Assembly: GCA_965277805.1 (NCBI GenBank)
Contig: OZ255842.1
Coordinates: forward strand, 160,001-224,000
DNA length: 64,000 nucleotides
Direction: 5' to 3'
Source: Candidatus Lustribacter sp.
GTDB lineage: Bacteria > Vulcanimicrobiota > Vulcanimicrobiia > Vulcanimicrobiales > Vulcanimicrobiaceae
Part shown: positions 1 to 10,201 of the stretch, in pieces
Position numbering within the stretch: position 1 is the stretch's first letter
How the letters are laid out: each line of letters opens with the position of its first letter
The notes under the pieces: generated by a model
Database searches by the model: none
The model's input: the letters and a program-made list of their open reading frames with translations, nothing else
What the model was told of the DNA's origin: nothing
Position numbers and translations under genes: made by a program

Positions 1-321
1 GAGCAGCGAGCCGAGAAAGAGCAGGCCGAAGACGCCGGTGAGCAGCGAATCCTTGAGCAGCGCGAAGATCGCGTTCCCGGTGGCGAACGACAGCCCGAAG
101 CCCACCACGAGGCCGACCAGCGAAACGATCGCGATCAGCCCGATGCGTTTGACGGTCACCGCTTCGTAGATCGTCTCGGCCAGCGGAAACAGGGCCGCCA
201 CCGCAAGCGTGATCAGTGGCGTCACGCCGAGACGCAGCAGTACCTGGATCGCGATCAACGGCATGACCACCGACAGGCCGAGCGTGCGGTAGAGGCCGCC
301 GAACTTAGGAGACGTGTGCAT
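1..321 (-). CDS. VC0807/DUF3159-like multi-pass membrane protein (partial, runs off window start)
   Basis: Manual minus-strand translation from ATG at 321: MHTSPKFGGLYRTLGLSVVMPLIAIQVLLRLGV...ATGNAIFALLKDSLLTGVFGLLFLGSLL, open to position 1. Start overlaps the 3' end of the oxygenase gene. Confidence 0.7.
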   Translation of the reverse strand, partial: MHTSPKFGGLYRTLGLSVVMPLIAIQVLLRLGVTPLITLAVAALFPLAETIYEAVTVKRIGLIAIVSLVGLVVGFGLSFATGNAIFALLKDSLLTGVFGLLFLGSLL

Positions 322-1621
322 CGTCCGCAATCCAATTTCCGTGGAAGCCGAGCGGAACGCGAACCGGTAACGGCACGCGGGCGACGGCCCCGGCAGTGAG
401 GTCGGCCGCATCGAGGACGACGAAATCGCTGGCCCCGCGCGCCGCATCGTAAACGTAGCACATCAGGTAGCCGGCGTCCTCGGCACCGGCGCCGGGTACG
501 AACGCTGCCTCGCCGGGCGTATTGCCGGTGCCGAAGTCATGCAGCGTCGAGGTGCCGTCGATCGTGTCGAATTTGTAGATGGCGGAGCGCCCCTCGCCGG
601 TCGCGCCGACGCCAACCGCATAGATGTAGCGATGCGGGTTGCCGCTAAGCCGTTCGTCGATGCGCGGGAACTCGGTCGAGCGGGCGTCGAGCAGCGTGTC
701 GCGCACCGTGCCGGCGACCGTGTCGATCGTCCAGCGGCGCAAGGTCGTCGGATCGAAGCTGCCGTTGTCTTTCGCCCACAGTTCCTTATAGTGCACGACG
801 TCCATCACGATCGTATCGCCGTCGTCGTAGGCGTTGGCGACGTGAAACACATAGCACGGATCGATCTCGATCCACTTCACGGGCACGGACGGATCGTTGC
901 GCTTGACGATGCCGAGCCGCGCGCCGTATTTCGGTTTCCAGACGTACGGCGTTTTACCGAGCAACGCGCGCACGGTGTCGAACACGATCGGCAGATCCAT
1001 GAAGACCGCGTGCGAGCGCGTCAGCGCGAAGTCGTGCATCATCGTCGCCCCCTTCACCGGAATCGGGCGGCTCTCGATGAGCGTGCCGGCCGCATCGATG
1101 CGATGGTAGGTGAGCGCGCCGGGCATGAACGCGATGCCGAACGCGTGCATTTCGCCCGTTTGCGGGCAAACTTTCGGGTGCGCGGTGAACGGCGTCTTCA
1201 ACGCGCCGCCGAAATCGTAGGGACCGCCGGTGGTGAGATCGCGGTGCACGGTCGTCGGAAACGACGATTCGACCAGCGCGAGCAGCTTGTTGCCGTGCGC
1301 GACGATGTTCGTATTGGCGACGCCGACGGTGAGATCGACCTTGCCGCGGCGCACGAGCGGCGCGTGCTCGACGAACGCGCGCGTCCGCACCCAGCGGTTG
1401 CGGTAGGCCACGGCCTTGCCGCCGGCGATGCGGATCCCGTGCAGCATCCCGTCGCCGAAGAACAGGTGTTGCGGCTTCTCGCCGGGCCGCGGGTTCGGCC
1501 CATTGCGAATGTAGTCGCCGCTCAACTCGGGCGGCAGCGCCCCCTCGACCGGTAGATCGAAAGCCTCGATCTCCTCGGACACCGGGGTGCGGTAGGTGGC
1601 GGTAGCGGTCGCGACGGTCAT
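305..1621 (-). CDS. Carotenoid cleavage oxygenase / RPE65-family dioxygenase
   Basis: RNGPNP and GDGMLH motifs; four Fe-ligand His motifs (TAHPK, MMHDF, VFHVAN, GFHGNW); EFPRID. Start placed at MTVATAT. Confidence 0.93.
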   Translation of the reverse strand: MTVATATATYRTPVSEEIEAFDLPVEGALPPELSGDYIRNGPNPRPGEKPQHLFFGDGMLHGIRIAGGKAVAYRNRWVRTRAFVEHAPLVRRGKVDLTVGVANTNIVAHGNKLLALVESSFPTTVHRDLTTGGPYDFGGALKTPFTAHPKVCPQTGEMHAFGIAFMPGALTYHRIDAAGTLIESRPIPVKGATMMHDFALTRSHAVFMDLPIVFDTVRALLGKTPYVWKPKYGARLGIVKRNDPSVPVKWIEIDPCYVFHVANAYDDGDTIVMDVVHYKELWAKDNGSFDPTTLRRWTIDTVAGTVRDTLLDARSTEFPRIDERLSGNPHRYIYAVGVGATGEGRSAIYKFDTIDGTSTLHDFGTGNTPGEAAFVPGAGAEDAGYLMCYVYDAARGASDFVVLDAADLTAGAVARVPLPVRVPLGFHGNWIADDAHVS

Positions 1622-1665
1622 GGAAGCCCTTTCCAACAGGCGCATTCGTGCTATACTTGACTGAT

Positions 1666-1695
1666 GTGTCAGATATTACATGTAAATTCTTACAT
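1666..1695. promoter_or_regulatory. Tandem PadR-type operators (ATGT-N8-ACAT)
   Basis: ATGT-aaattctt-ACAT at 1680-1695 and an overlapping GTGT-cagatatt-ACAT at 1666-1681, between the divergent oxygenase and padR-like genes. Confidence 0.75.
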
Positions 1696-1710
1696 GTCAA
1701 GCCTTACAGC

Positions 1711-3575
<1,865 letters not shown>

Positions 3576-3576
3576 G

Positions 3577-4674
3577 CTAGAGCGTCAGCTGCGGCGTGAT
3601 CCCGTGCTTGCGCATCTCTTCGAGCCAGATCTGATGGATGCGCGGATCCTGATCTTCGTATTCGATCTGGTTCCCGCCGTCTTTGATGCTGCGTGAGGTT
3701 TCCTGTTTGCGTTCGGCGGTCGCGAACGATTGCCGGCGCTTCTTCGCGGTGAGCGGATAGCGCAGGTTCCCGAGCCCGGTCGCCACGTAGCGCGATGCGT
3801 TTTCGCTCGTGACGAAGTGCTGATGAAACTGGCCCTCGCACGGCGGGAACACGACGCCGTGTTTCCACTCCACGCGCGTGAAGTCGGTCGAGCCTGCATC
3901 CCACAAGAGCGAGTAGCCGCCGCCGGTGAGGGTGAGCACGTGCGTGCCCGCTTCGTGCCGGTGGCCTTTCTTGTACGTTGCCGGCGCGATCTCCGAGATG
4001 TGCACGTGCATGATGCCGTCGGCCAGCAGAATCTTGATGTTGGACGAGCCTTTGCCGCGGTCTTCCCACGCGACGAGTTCCAGACTGCCGAGATCGGGGA
4101 CGAAGTTCGTTTCCCACACGTCGTTCCCGGGACGCCCGCGATAGAGATCGCCCTCGCCGACGTAGTACTTGTCCGCCCCGATGCGATCTTGAAACGCGCC
4201 CGGCGTGTTGAAGATGAACTCGTCGTTGTGAAAGATGTTCATGACCATCGGCAGCGTGGTCGTCTCGACCATCAGCGCGCGCTGCGTTCCGCTGCCGTTG
4301 AAGTGCCGGTACTTCGCGTTGAGCGGGATGCCGAAGAAGCTGCGCGGCCCCCATTCGAAACTGCGCTTGCTCCCGTCCGCGAACTCGAGTTGAGTGCTGC
4401 CGCGGCCTTCGAGAATGTAGTACGCCTCTTCGTAGAGATGCTGCTGCGGCAAGGTCGAACCGCCGGCCGGGATGTCGATGACGAACATGTTGCAATAGTC
4501 GCCGCTGCCGTCGAAGTGCGCGGCTGAGGCCTTGGCGCCCAAGCGCGGCCAGTCGGCGGTTTCCACTTCGAACAGATCGAGCGAGAGGCCGTGCGCGACG
4601 CGGATGCCCTCGCGTTGCACCCACTCGAGGTAGGAATTGATGCCGAAGCGCGGGTTGGTGCTGGTTTCTATCAT
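3577..4674 (-). CDS. Bicupin protein (gentisate 1,2-dioxygenase-like cupin fold, unknown substrate)
   Basis: Two cupin motif pairs: QQHLYEEAYYILEGRG...IPLNAKYRHFN and KKGHRHEAG...FHQHF. Start at MIETSTNPR. Confidence 0.8.
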   Translation of the reverse strand: MIETSTNPRFGINSYLEWVQREGIRVAHGLSLDLFEVETADWPRLGAKASAAHFDGSGDYCNMFVIDIPAGGSTLPQQHLYEEAYYILEGRGSTQLEFADGSKRSFEWGPRSFFGIPLNAKYRHFNGSGTQRALMVETTTLPMVMNIFHNDEFIFNTPGAFQDRIGADKYYVGEGDLYRGRPGNDVWETNFVPDLGSLELVAWEDRGKGSSNIKILLADGIMHVHISEIAPATYKKGHRHEAGTHVLTLTGGGYSLLWDAGSTDFTRVEWKHGVVFPPCEGQFHQHFVTSENASRYVATGLGNLRYPLTAKKRRQSFATAERKQETSRSIKDGGNQIEYEDQDPRIHQIWLEEMRKHGITPQLTL

Positions 4675-4687
4675 CGGTTTCTTCTCT

Positions 4688-5668
4688 TCATGACGGCGAA
4701 GCGGGCGGCTTGAGCGCGTAGGGGCTGATGAGCTCCTGCGCCGGGTAGGCGTGGTCGATGATCTTGTAGCGCGCGGCGGCGTCGATGGCCGGCTGGATCT
4801 CGCGCGGATCGAGGAATTCGGCGAAGACGTCGCGGTGCATCTGCAGCGCGGCGGCGGGGTCGACCCCGGTGTAGGCAGCAACGAGCGGTGCGGTGTCGGC
4901 GTGATGTGTGTTGGCGAAAACGATCGCCGCGCGCATCGCCTCGCCGAAGCGCGCGACGAGATCGCGATTCTTGGTCGCGAAATCGATCAGCGTAAACGTG
5001 GCCGTTACCATCCAGCGTTTGGCGATCGTGAGCGTCGGATCGCCCAGCGAGCGGAAGAGCCCGGTCGCCAGCGCTTTGTCGAGCACCGGTTCCTGGACGA
5101 TGGCGGCGTCGACGCGCTTCTGTTCGAGTGCCGGCGGGATCGCGGTCTGCGGCAGCTCGACAAACTTAATCGTTCCGGAATCGCCGCCGTCGGCATCGAC
5201 GGCCGCACGCGAAGAGATCCAGTTTGCATCGGCGATCGACGGCACGGCGAGCACTTTTCCGACGACGTCGCGATAGCGGTGCAGTGGCGAGTCTTTGAGG
5301 ACGATCATCTCCTGCGTGCCGTCGCCGGCGACGATGACGTGCGAGGGCGCGATCATCGCGAACGGCAGCCCGCGCGCGTGGCCGCTGATCAGCGCGGTCA
5401 AGCTCGCGACGCCGAAGTCGAAGCTGCCACCGGCGACCGCGGCTGCCACCGCCGCGCCGGAACTGCTGCGCTCGAGTTGCACGTCGAGTCCGATCTTGCG
5501 GAACATCCCGCTCTGCTGCGCGTAGAGGATCGGCGCCAGATCATCGTTGGGGACCACGATCCCGCGCAGCGTTACGAGCGCAGGCGGTTGCTGCGCGAAC
5601 GCGGGCCGCGTCGATCCGGCTAGCGCGGCGGCGGTAGCGGCGATGAAGCGTCCACGATTCGCGATCAC
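4688..5668 (-). CDS. NMT1/SsuA/TauA-like ABC substrate-binding protein
   Basis: Signal peptide; GLDVQL..SSGAAVAAAVAGGSFDFG; IKFVELP...KRVDAA. GTG start inferred. Confidence 0.85.
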   Translation of the reverse strand: MIANRGRFIAATAAALAGSTRPAFAQQPPALVTLRGIVVPNDDLAPILYAQQSGMFRKIGLDVQLERSSSGAAVAAAVAGGSFDFGVASLTALISGHARGLPFAMIAPSHVIVAGDGTQEMIVLKDSPLHRYRDVVGKVLAVPSIADANWISSRAAVDADGGDSGTIKFVELPQTAIPPALEQKRVDAAIVQEPVLDKALATGLFRSLGDPTLTIAKRWMVTATFTLIDFATKNRDLVARFGEAMRAAIVFANTHHADTAPLVAAYTGVDPAAALQMHRDVFAEFLDPREIQPAIDAAARYKIIDHAYPAQELISPYALKPPASPS

Positions 5669-5678
5669 GGGAGTGCGG

Positions 5679-6845
5679 CTAGATGCGGCCCACGGCGACG
5701 AACTGCGCCTTGGTCTTGTCGTAGCGCAGGACGATGTCGCTGCGGCCGTCGAGCCCGCGCTGGCTGCCGTCGCGGAAATCGTAGAGACCCGAGGCACCAT
5801 AGAAGCCGTGCAGGTTCTCGAGATATTGCCGGTACGCGTCGGGCGTCGCATCCAAGCCGACGCTTTTGAGCATGCCGATGACGACATAGGCGGGATCCCA
5901 CGCGAGCAGATAGCCCGCGTCGGCGGCGAGGCCGGCGGCCTTGAGGGTATTGAAGTACGCTGATGCCGCCGTCTTCAAGGGTCCCGGTGGAAATGCGTCG
6001 GGCGCAATGCCCGGCACGTTGATGAAATACAGATTGGTCGGCAGCATCGTGCTGAAGCGTTTCATCGTGTCGTAGTTGAGGTTCGCGCCGCTGCTGCCGG
6101 TCGGGATGTCGAGACCGGTATCGACCATCGCGTGCAGCACGGTTCCGAACGGCGTACCGACCGCCCACGCAATGACGGCTTGCGGATCGGCCGCCTTGAT
6201 CACCGCAACTTGCGCGCTCACGCTGACGTCGGCAACGCCGAAGCGTTCGCGCGCGACGATCGTGACATTGCGATTTTCCGGCAACGCGAGCGCCGCGTCG
6301 AGGTTGTGCTCGAAATCTTGCCCGCTCGCGTCGGTTGTGAAGATCACGGCGAGCCGCGTCCAGCCGCGGTCGCGGTAGTACTTGACCTGCAGGCGCACCG
6401 CTTCTTTGGTGGGCACGCCTTGGGTGAACATGAACGAACCCTTGGGCGGATACACGCCCGATGACAAGCAGTAGGTCAGCGGCCCGTGTGCTTGCACGAG
6501 TGCAAGCACCGCATTGCATCCGCCGGTGAGCGTCGGACCGAGTACGATCGGCGGATTCTTCGCTATGGCCGCGCTCATCAGCTGAACCGCGACCTGGGCG
6601 TTCGATTGATCGTCGTGGATGTCGAAGGCGATCTGGCGTCCGCGGATCCCGCCGCTGTTGTTGACCGAATCGGCCAGCAAGCGCAATGCCGTGGCCTCCT
6701 CCGATCCCGTCGCGGTGGCCGATCCGGTGAGCGAAAGAATGGCCGGAATCGTGAATGGCGCGTCGGGCGCCGCCCACACGGCTCCAGCGGCGAACGCGAA
6801 AACAACCGCGATCGCAAAGGCAACGAACAGGCACTTACCTCGCAT
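5679..6845 (-). CDS. LivJ/LivK-like (PBP1) ABC substrate-binding protein
   Basis: Signal peptide; LSLTGS; VNNSGGIRGRQIAFDIHDDQS; YYRDRGWTRLAVI. Confidence 0.88.
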   Translation of the reverse strand: MRGKCLFVAFAIAVVFAFAAGAVWAAPDAPFTIPAILSLTGSATATGSEEATALRLLADSVNNSGGIRGRQIAFDIHDDQSNAQVAVQLMSAAIAKNPPIVLGPTLTGGCNAVLALVQAHGPLTYCLSSGVYPPKGSFMFTQGVPTKEAVRLQVKYYRDRGWTRLAVIFTTDASGQDFEHNLDAALALPENRNVTIVARERFGVADVSVSAQVAVIKAADPQAVIAWAVGTPFGTVLHAMVDTGLDIPTGSSGANLNYDTMKRFSTMLPTNLYFINVPGIAPDAFPPGPLKTAASAYFNTLKAAGLAADAGYLLAWDPAYVVIGMLKSVGLDATPDAYRQYLENLHGFYGASGLYDFRDGSQRGLDGRSDIVLRYDKTKAQFVAVGRI

Positions 6846-6893
6846 GGACGAACCTTTTAAGACCCGATGCTTAGTTCACCCGCTGGTACCGCG

Positions 6894-7832
6894 ATGGTCG
6901 AAACGCTGGACGAACTCTACGCCGCGGTCGAGCCGCTTTCGATGGATGCGGGCTGGCGCCGCACGCCGGGCGCGCTCGCGTCGGGTACGTTCACGGCCGG
7001 TGGCTGGCGCTATCGCGACGGTCACGGCGCGCTCGAAGCCGCCGGCCGTCTCATCAGCCCGGAACTCTCCGAGCGCCGTAACATCTTGATGATGAATCCC
7101 GGCGGCCCCAACAGCACGCTCGCGACGCTGGTCTGTGCCTACCAACTCGTTCTTCCGGGCGAGCGAGCCCGTTCGCACCGCCATACGGCGGGCGCATTGC
7201 GGCTAGCACTCGATGTGGGTCCGGACATCTATACGATCGTCGACGGCGTGCGGCTCGACATGCGCCCGAACGACGTCGTGCTGACGCCGAGCTGGTGCTG
7301 GCACGGACACCGCAACGACGGCGACCAGCCGGCGTACTGGCTCGACTATCTCGATTCGCCATTCTGCCGTTCGATCGATCAGTACGTATTCGAGCCGTTT
7401 CCGGGCGGATACGAAGCGATCACCGAGACTGCCGGAACGTCACCGTACGTCTACCCGTGGAGCGAAACGAAAGCCGCGCTCGCCGCCGCGCCGCTCGAAC
7501 CGTCGGGACGTTACGGACGTCGCGTCCTCCTCGACCGCACGCCGCTCGATACGATGCGCTTGAGCATGCACGCGCTCGATGCCGGAACGCGCACGGTCGC
7601 GTTCTCCACGACGGCGAACTATCTCTACACTGCGGTCGAGGGCCGCGGGCGTTCGGTGATCGACGGCCGGACGTTCGAATGGGAGCGCGGCGATGTCGTC
7701 GCCGCACCGGCGCGGAAGTCGCAGTATCACGAATCCGACAGCGACGCCGTGCTGTTTTGCGTGAGCGACGAACCGGTGCTCGAGAGGGCCGGTTTGCTGC
7801 GCACGGTTTCCGAGGAGAAATCGATTGGCTAA
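6894..7832 (+). CDS. Gentisate 1,2-dioxygenase-like cupin ring-cleavage enzyme
   Basis: SERRNILMMNPG; LPGERARSHRHTAGALR; LTPSWCWHGHRN; WLDYLDSP. Confidence 0.85.
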   Translation: MVETLDELYAAVEPLSMDAGWRRTPGALASGTFTAGGWRYRDGHGALEAAGRLISPELSERRNILMMNPGGPNSTLATLVCAYQLVLPGERARSHRHTAGALRLALDVGPDIYTIVDGVRLDMRPNDVVLTPSWCWHGHRNDGDQPAYWLDYLDSPFCRSIDQYVFEPFPGGYEAITETAGTSPYVYPWSETKAALAAAPLEPSGRYGRRVLLDRTPLDTMRLSMHALDAGTRTVAFSTTANYLYTAVEGRGRSVIDGRTFEWERGDVVAAPARKSQYHESDSDAVLFCVSDEPVLERAGLLRTVSEEKSIG

Positions 7833-9042
7833 GACCGCTGCACAGAACGATCGTCTCACCCGGGTCGGACCCGGCACGCCGATGGGCGAACTGCTGCGGC
7901 GTTACTGGCACCCGATCGGTACGACGGTCGAACTCGATGAGAACCCGGTGCGCAAAGTGCGTTTGCTCGGCGAGGATCTCACGCTGTTCCGCTCCGAGTC
8001 GGGCGAGTTCGGTCTCGTCGGCGACCGTTGTCCGCACCGTTGCATGGCGATGTCGTACGGCGTTCCGGACGAGCGCGGGCTGCGCTGCGGTTATCACGCC
8101 TGGTTATTCGACGCGCAGGGTAATTGTCTCGAACAGCCCTGGGAAGACCGCATTCAACCCGAAGCGCGTTTCCGCGACAAGATCAAGATCAAAGCCTATC
8201 CGGTACAAGAACTCGGCGGTCTGATCTTCGCCTACCTCGGGCCGCAACCGGCGCCGTTGCTTCCGCGCTGGGATCTGCTCGTGCTCGATGACGTGGACCG
8301 CGGGCTCGACATCCAGCCGATTCCGTGCAACTTCCTGCAGTGCATGGATAACTCGTTCGATCCGCTGCACTTCGAGTTTCTGCACGCCGGCTTCGGCAAT
8401 TATCACTTCAAGCGTTTGGGTTTGCCGCCGGCGATGGTGCCCGCGAAGCATCTCGATATCGCCTTCGACGTGTTCGAGTACGGCGTCTACAAGCGCCGGC
8501 TCTTGGAAGGTCAGGCGCTGGACTCCACCGATTGGACGATCGGGCATCCGGTGATCTTCCCGGTGCTGCTTTCGATCGGCGATGGCGAACGGGGGGGACT
8601 GCATTGGCGCGTGCCGATCGATGACACGCATACGACACAGTTCCTGTATTCCACCCGGCGGCGCAAGGCGGGTGAGAGTCCCAAACCGATGACCGTCAAC
8701 GTCGACATCCTCTTCGACGACAACGGCGAGCTGATCAATTCCATCGATCGGACGATCAAGCAAGATATGGTCGCGTGGGTCGCACAGGGCGCCATCTCCG
8801 ATCGCACCCAAGAGCACCTCTCGCCGGGCGATAAGGGCATCATCCTCTACCATAAAATGCTCAACGAAAACATCGATCGCGTGGCGCGCGGCGAAGATCC
8901 GATGGGCACGATTCGAGACCCGGCCAAGAACGAGCCGATGATCGAGATCAAACGCAGCCGGGAGCACGACAAGGCGTTCAAGATTCGCGACGACATGGAG
9001 CCGGCGCTGTGGCAGGGTGCGGAGGCCGGAGCCGCTGGCTAA
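7825..9042 (+). CDS. Rieske non-heme iron oxygenase alpha subunit (phthalate 4,5-dioxygenase / LigXa-like)
   Basis: LTRVGPGTPMGELLRRYWHP; Rieske CPHRC...CGYHAW; mononuclear Fe site DNSFDPLHFEFLH. TTG start overlaps the upstream gene. Confidence 0.93.
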   Translation: MAKTAAQNDRLTRVGPGTPMGELLRRYWHPIGTTVELDENPVRKVRLLGEDLTLFRSESGEFGLVGDRCPHRCMAMSYGVPDERGLRCGYHAWLFDAQGNCLEQPWEDRIQPEARFRDKIKIKAYPVQELGGLIFAYLGPQPAPLLPRWDLLVLDDVDRGLDIQPIPCNFLQCMDNSFDPLHFEFLHAGFGNYHFKRLGLPPAMVPAKHLDIAFDVFEYGVYKRRLLEGQALDSTDWTIGHPVIFPVLLSIGDGERGGLHWRVPIDDTHTTQFLYSTRRRKAGESPKPMTVNVDILFDDNGELINSIDRTIKQDMVAWVAQGAISDRTQEHLSPGDKGIILYHKMLNENIDRVARGEDPMGTIRDPAKNEPMIEIKRSREHDKAFKIRDDMEPALWQGAEAGAAG

Positions 9043-10186
9043 ACTGCGCCTCGGCGTCGCCGGCCTCGGCGTCGCGAGCACGTTGTTTTTGCCCGGCGTC
9101 GAACGGCATCCGCAGACCGAGATCGTTGCCGCGGCGGATACGCGTACGAGCGGGCTCGCAGCGTTTCGCGAGCGCTACGGCGGCCGTGCCTACGAAAGCA
9201 TCGAGGCGCTCTGTGCCGATCCGGAGATCGACGTCATCTGGGTTGCAACGCCGAACGAATTTCACGCGCGCCACTGCATCCTCGCGGCCGAGAGCGGCAA
9301 ACACGTCATCTGCACGAAGCCGATGGCGCTCTCCGTCGACGAATGCGTTGCGATGTGCGAGGCGGCGGACGCGAACGGCGTGCAGCTGCTGTGCGGTCAA
9401 ACGTTCAGCATGCATCCGAGCATTCACGCGATGCGAGAGATCGTGGCCTCGGGCGAGATCGGCCGCCTGATCGCGGTGAACACGTGGCTCTACACCGATT
9501 GGCTGCTCAAACCGCGGCTGCCCGAAGAACTCGACGAAGCGCGCGGGGGCGGCGTGGTCTATCGCCACGGTCCGCATTTGATCGACACGGTGCGGCTGAT
9601 CGCCGGTGGGCTCGTGCGCAGCGTGCGCGGCAGCGTCGGACGCTGGATGCCGGACCGGCCGTGCGCCGGGAATTTCTCGGCCTATCTCGAGTTCCAAGAC
9701 GGAACGCCGGCGACGGTGAGCTACAACGGCTACGGTTATTTCGACACCTCTGAGCTGACGTGGGGTCGCGGCACGCGCATGTATTCCGACGCGGAACGCG
9801 TGGAGGTGCGGCGTTCTCTCGGCGCCGGCGCATCCGGCGAACAAGACAAGGCGAAGATCCGCTTCGGCGTTCGCGAATTGCCGGCGCGCGGCCTCAGCTG
9901 GTTTGGGATCACCGTCGCGAGTTGCGAGCGCGGTGATGTGCGCCAGTCACCCGACGGCGTCTATGTGTACGACGGCGACGGCCGGCGCGAGGTCGTCGCG
10001 GCGGGCGAAGGACTGATGGGCGTCCTCGAGATGGATGAAATGGCCGCGTGTCTGTTCGACGGCAAGCCGATCGTCCACGACGGCCGCTGGGGCCTCGCGA
10101 CCCTGGAGGTCTGCACCGCGCTGCTCGATTCCAGCAGCGAACGAAGCGAGATCGTGCTGACGCACCAAGGCGCGGTCGCAGGCTAG
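9017..10186 (+). CDS. Gfo/Idh/MocA oxidoreductase (phthalate cis-dihydrodiol dehydrogenase-like)
   Basis: GVAGLG; VATPNEFH; KHVICTKPMAL; RGGGVVYRHGPHLID; YNGYGYFDT; HDGRWGLATLEVC. Start uncertain (GTG 9017 or CTG 9035). Confidence 0.88.
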   Translation: MRRPEPLAKLRLGVAGLGVASTLFLPGVERHPQTEIVAAADTRTSGLAAFRERYGGRAYESIEALCADPEIDVIWVATPNEFHARHCILAAESGKHVICTKPMALSVDECVAMCEAADANGVQLLCGQTFSMHPSIHAMREIVASGEIGRLIAVNTWLYTDWLLKPRLPEELDEARGGGVVYRHGPHLIDTVRLIAGGLVRSVRGSVGRWMPDRPCAGNFSAYLEFQDGTPATVSYNGYGYFDTSELTWGRGTRMYSDAERVEVRRSLGAGASGEQDKAKIRFGVRELPARGLSWFGITVASCERGDVRQSPDGVYVYDGDGRREVVAAGEGLMGVLEMDEMAACLFDGKPIVHDGRWGLATLEVCTALLDSSSERSEIVLTHQGAVAG

Positions 10187-10201
10187 ACGAATCTCCATTT
10201 G

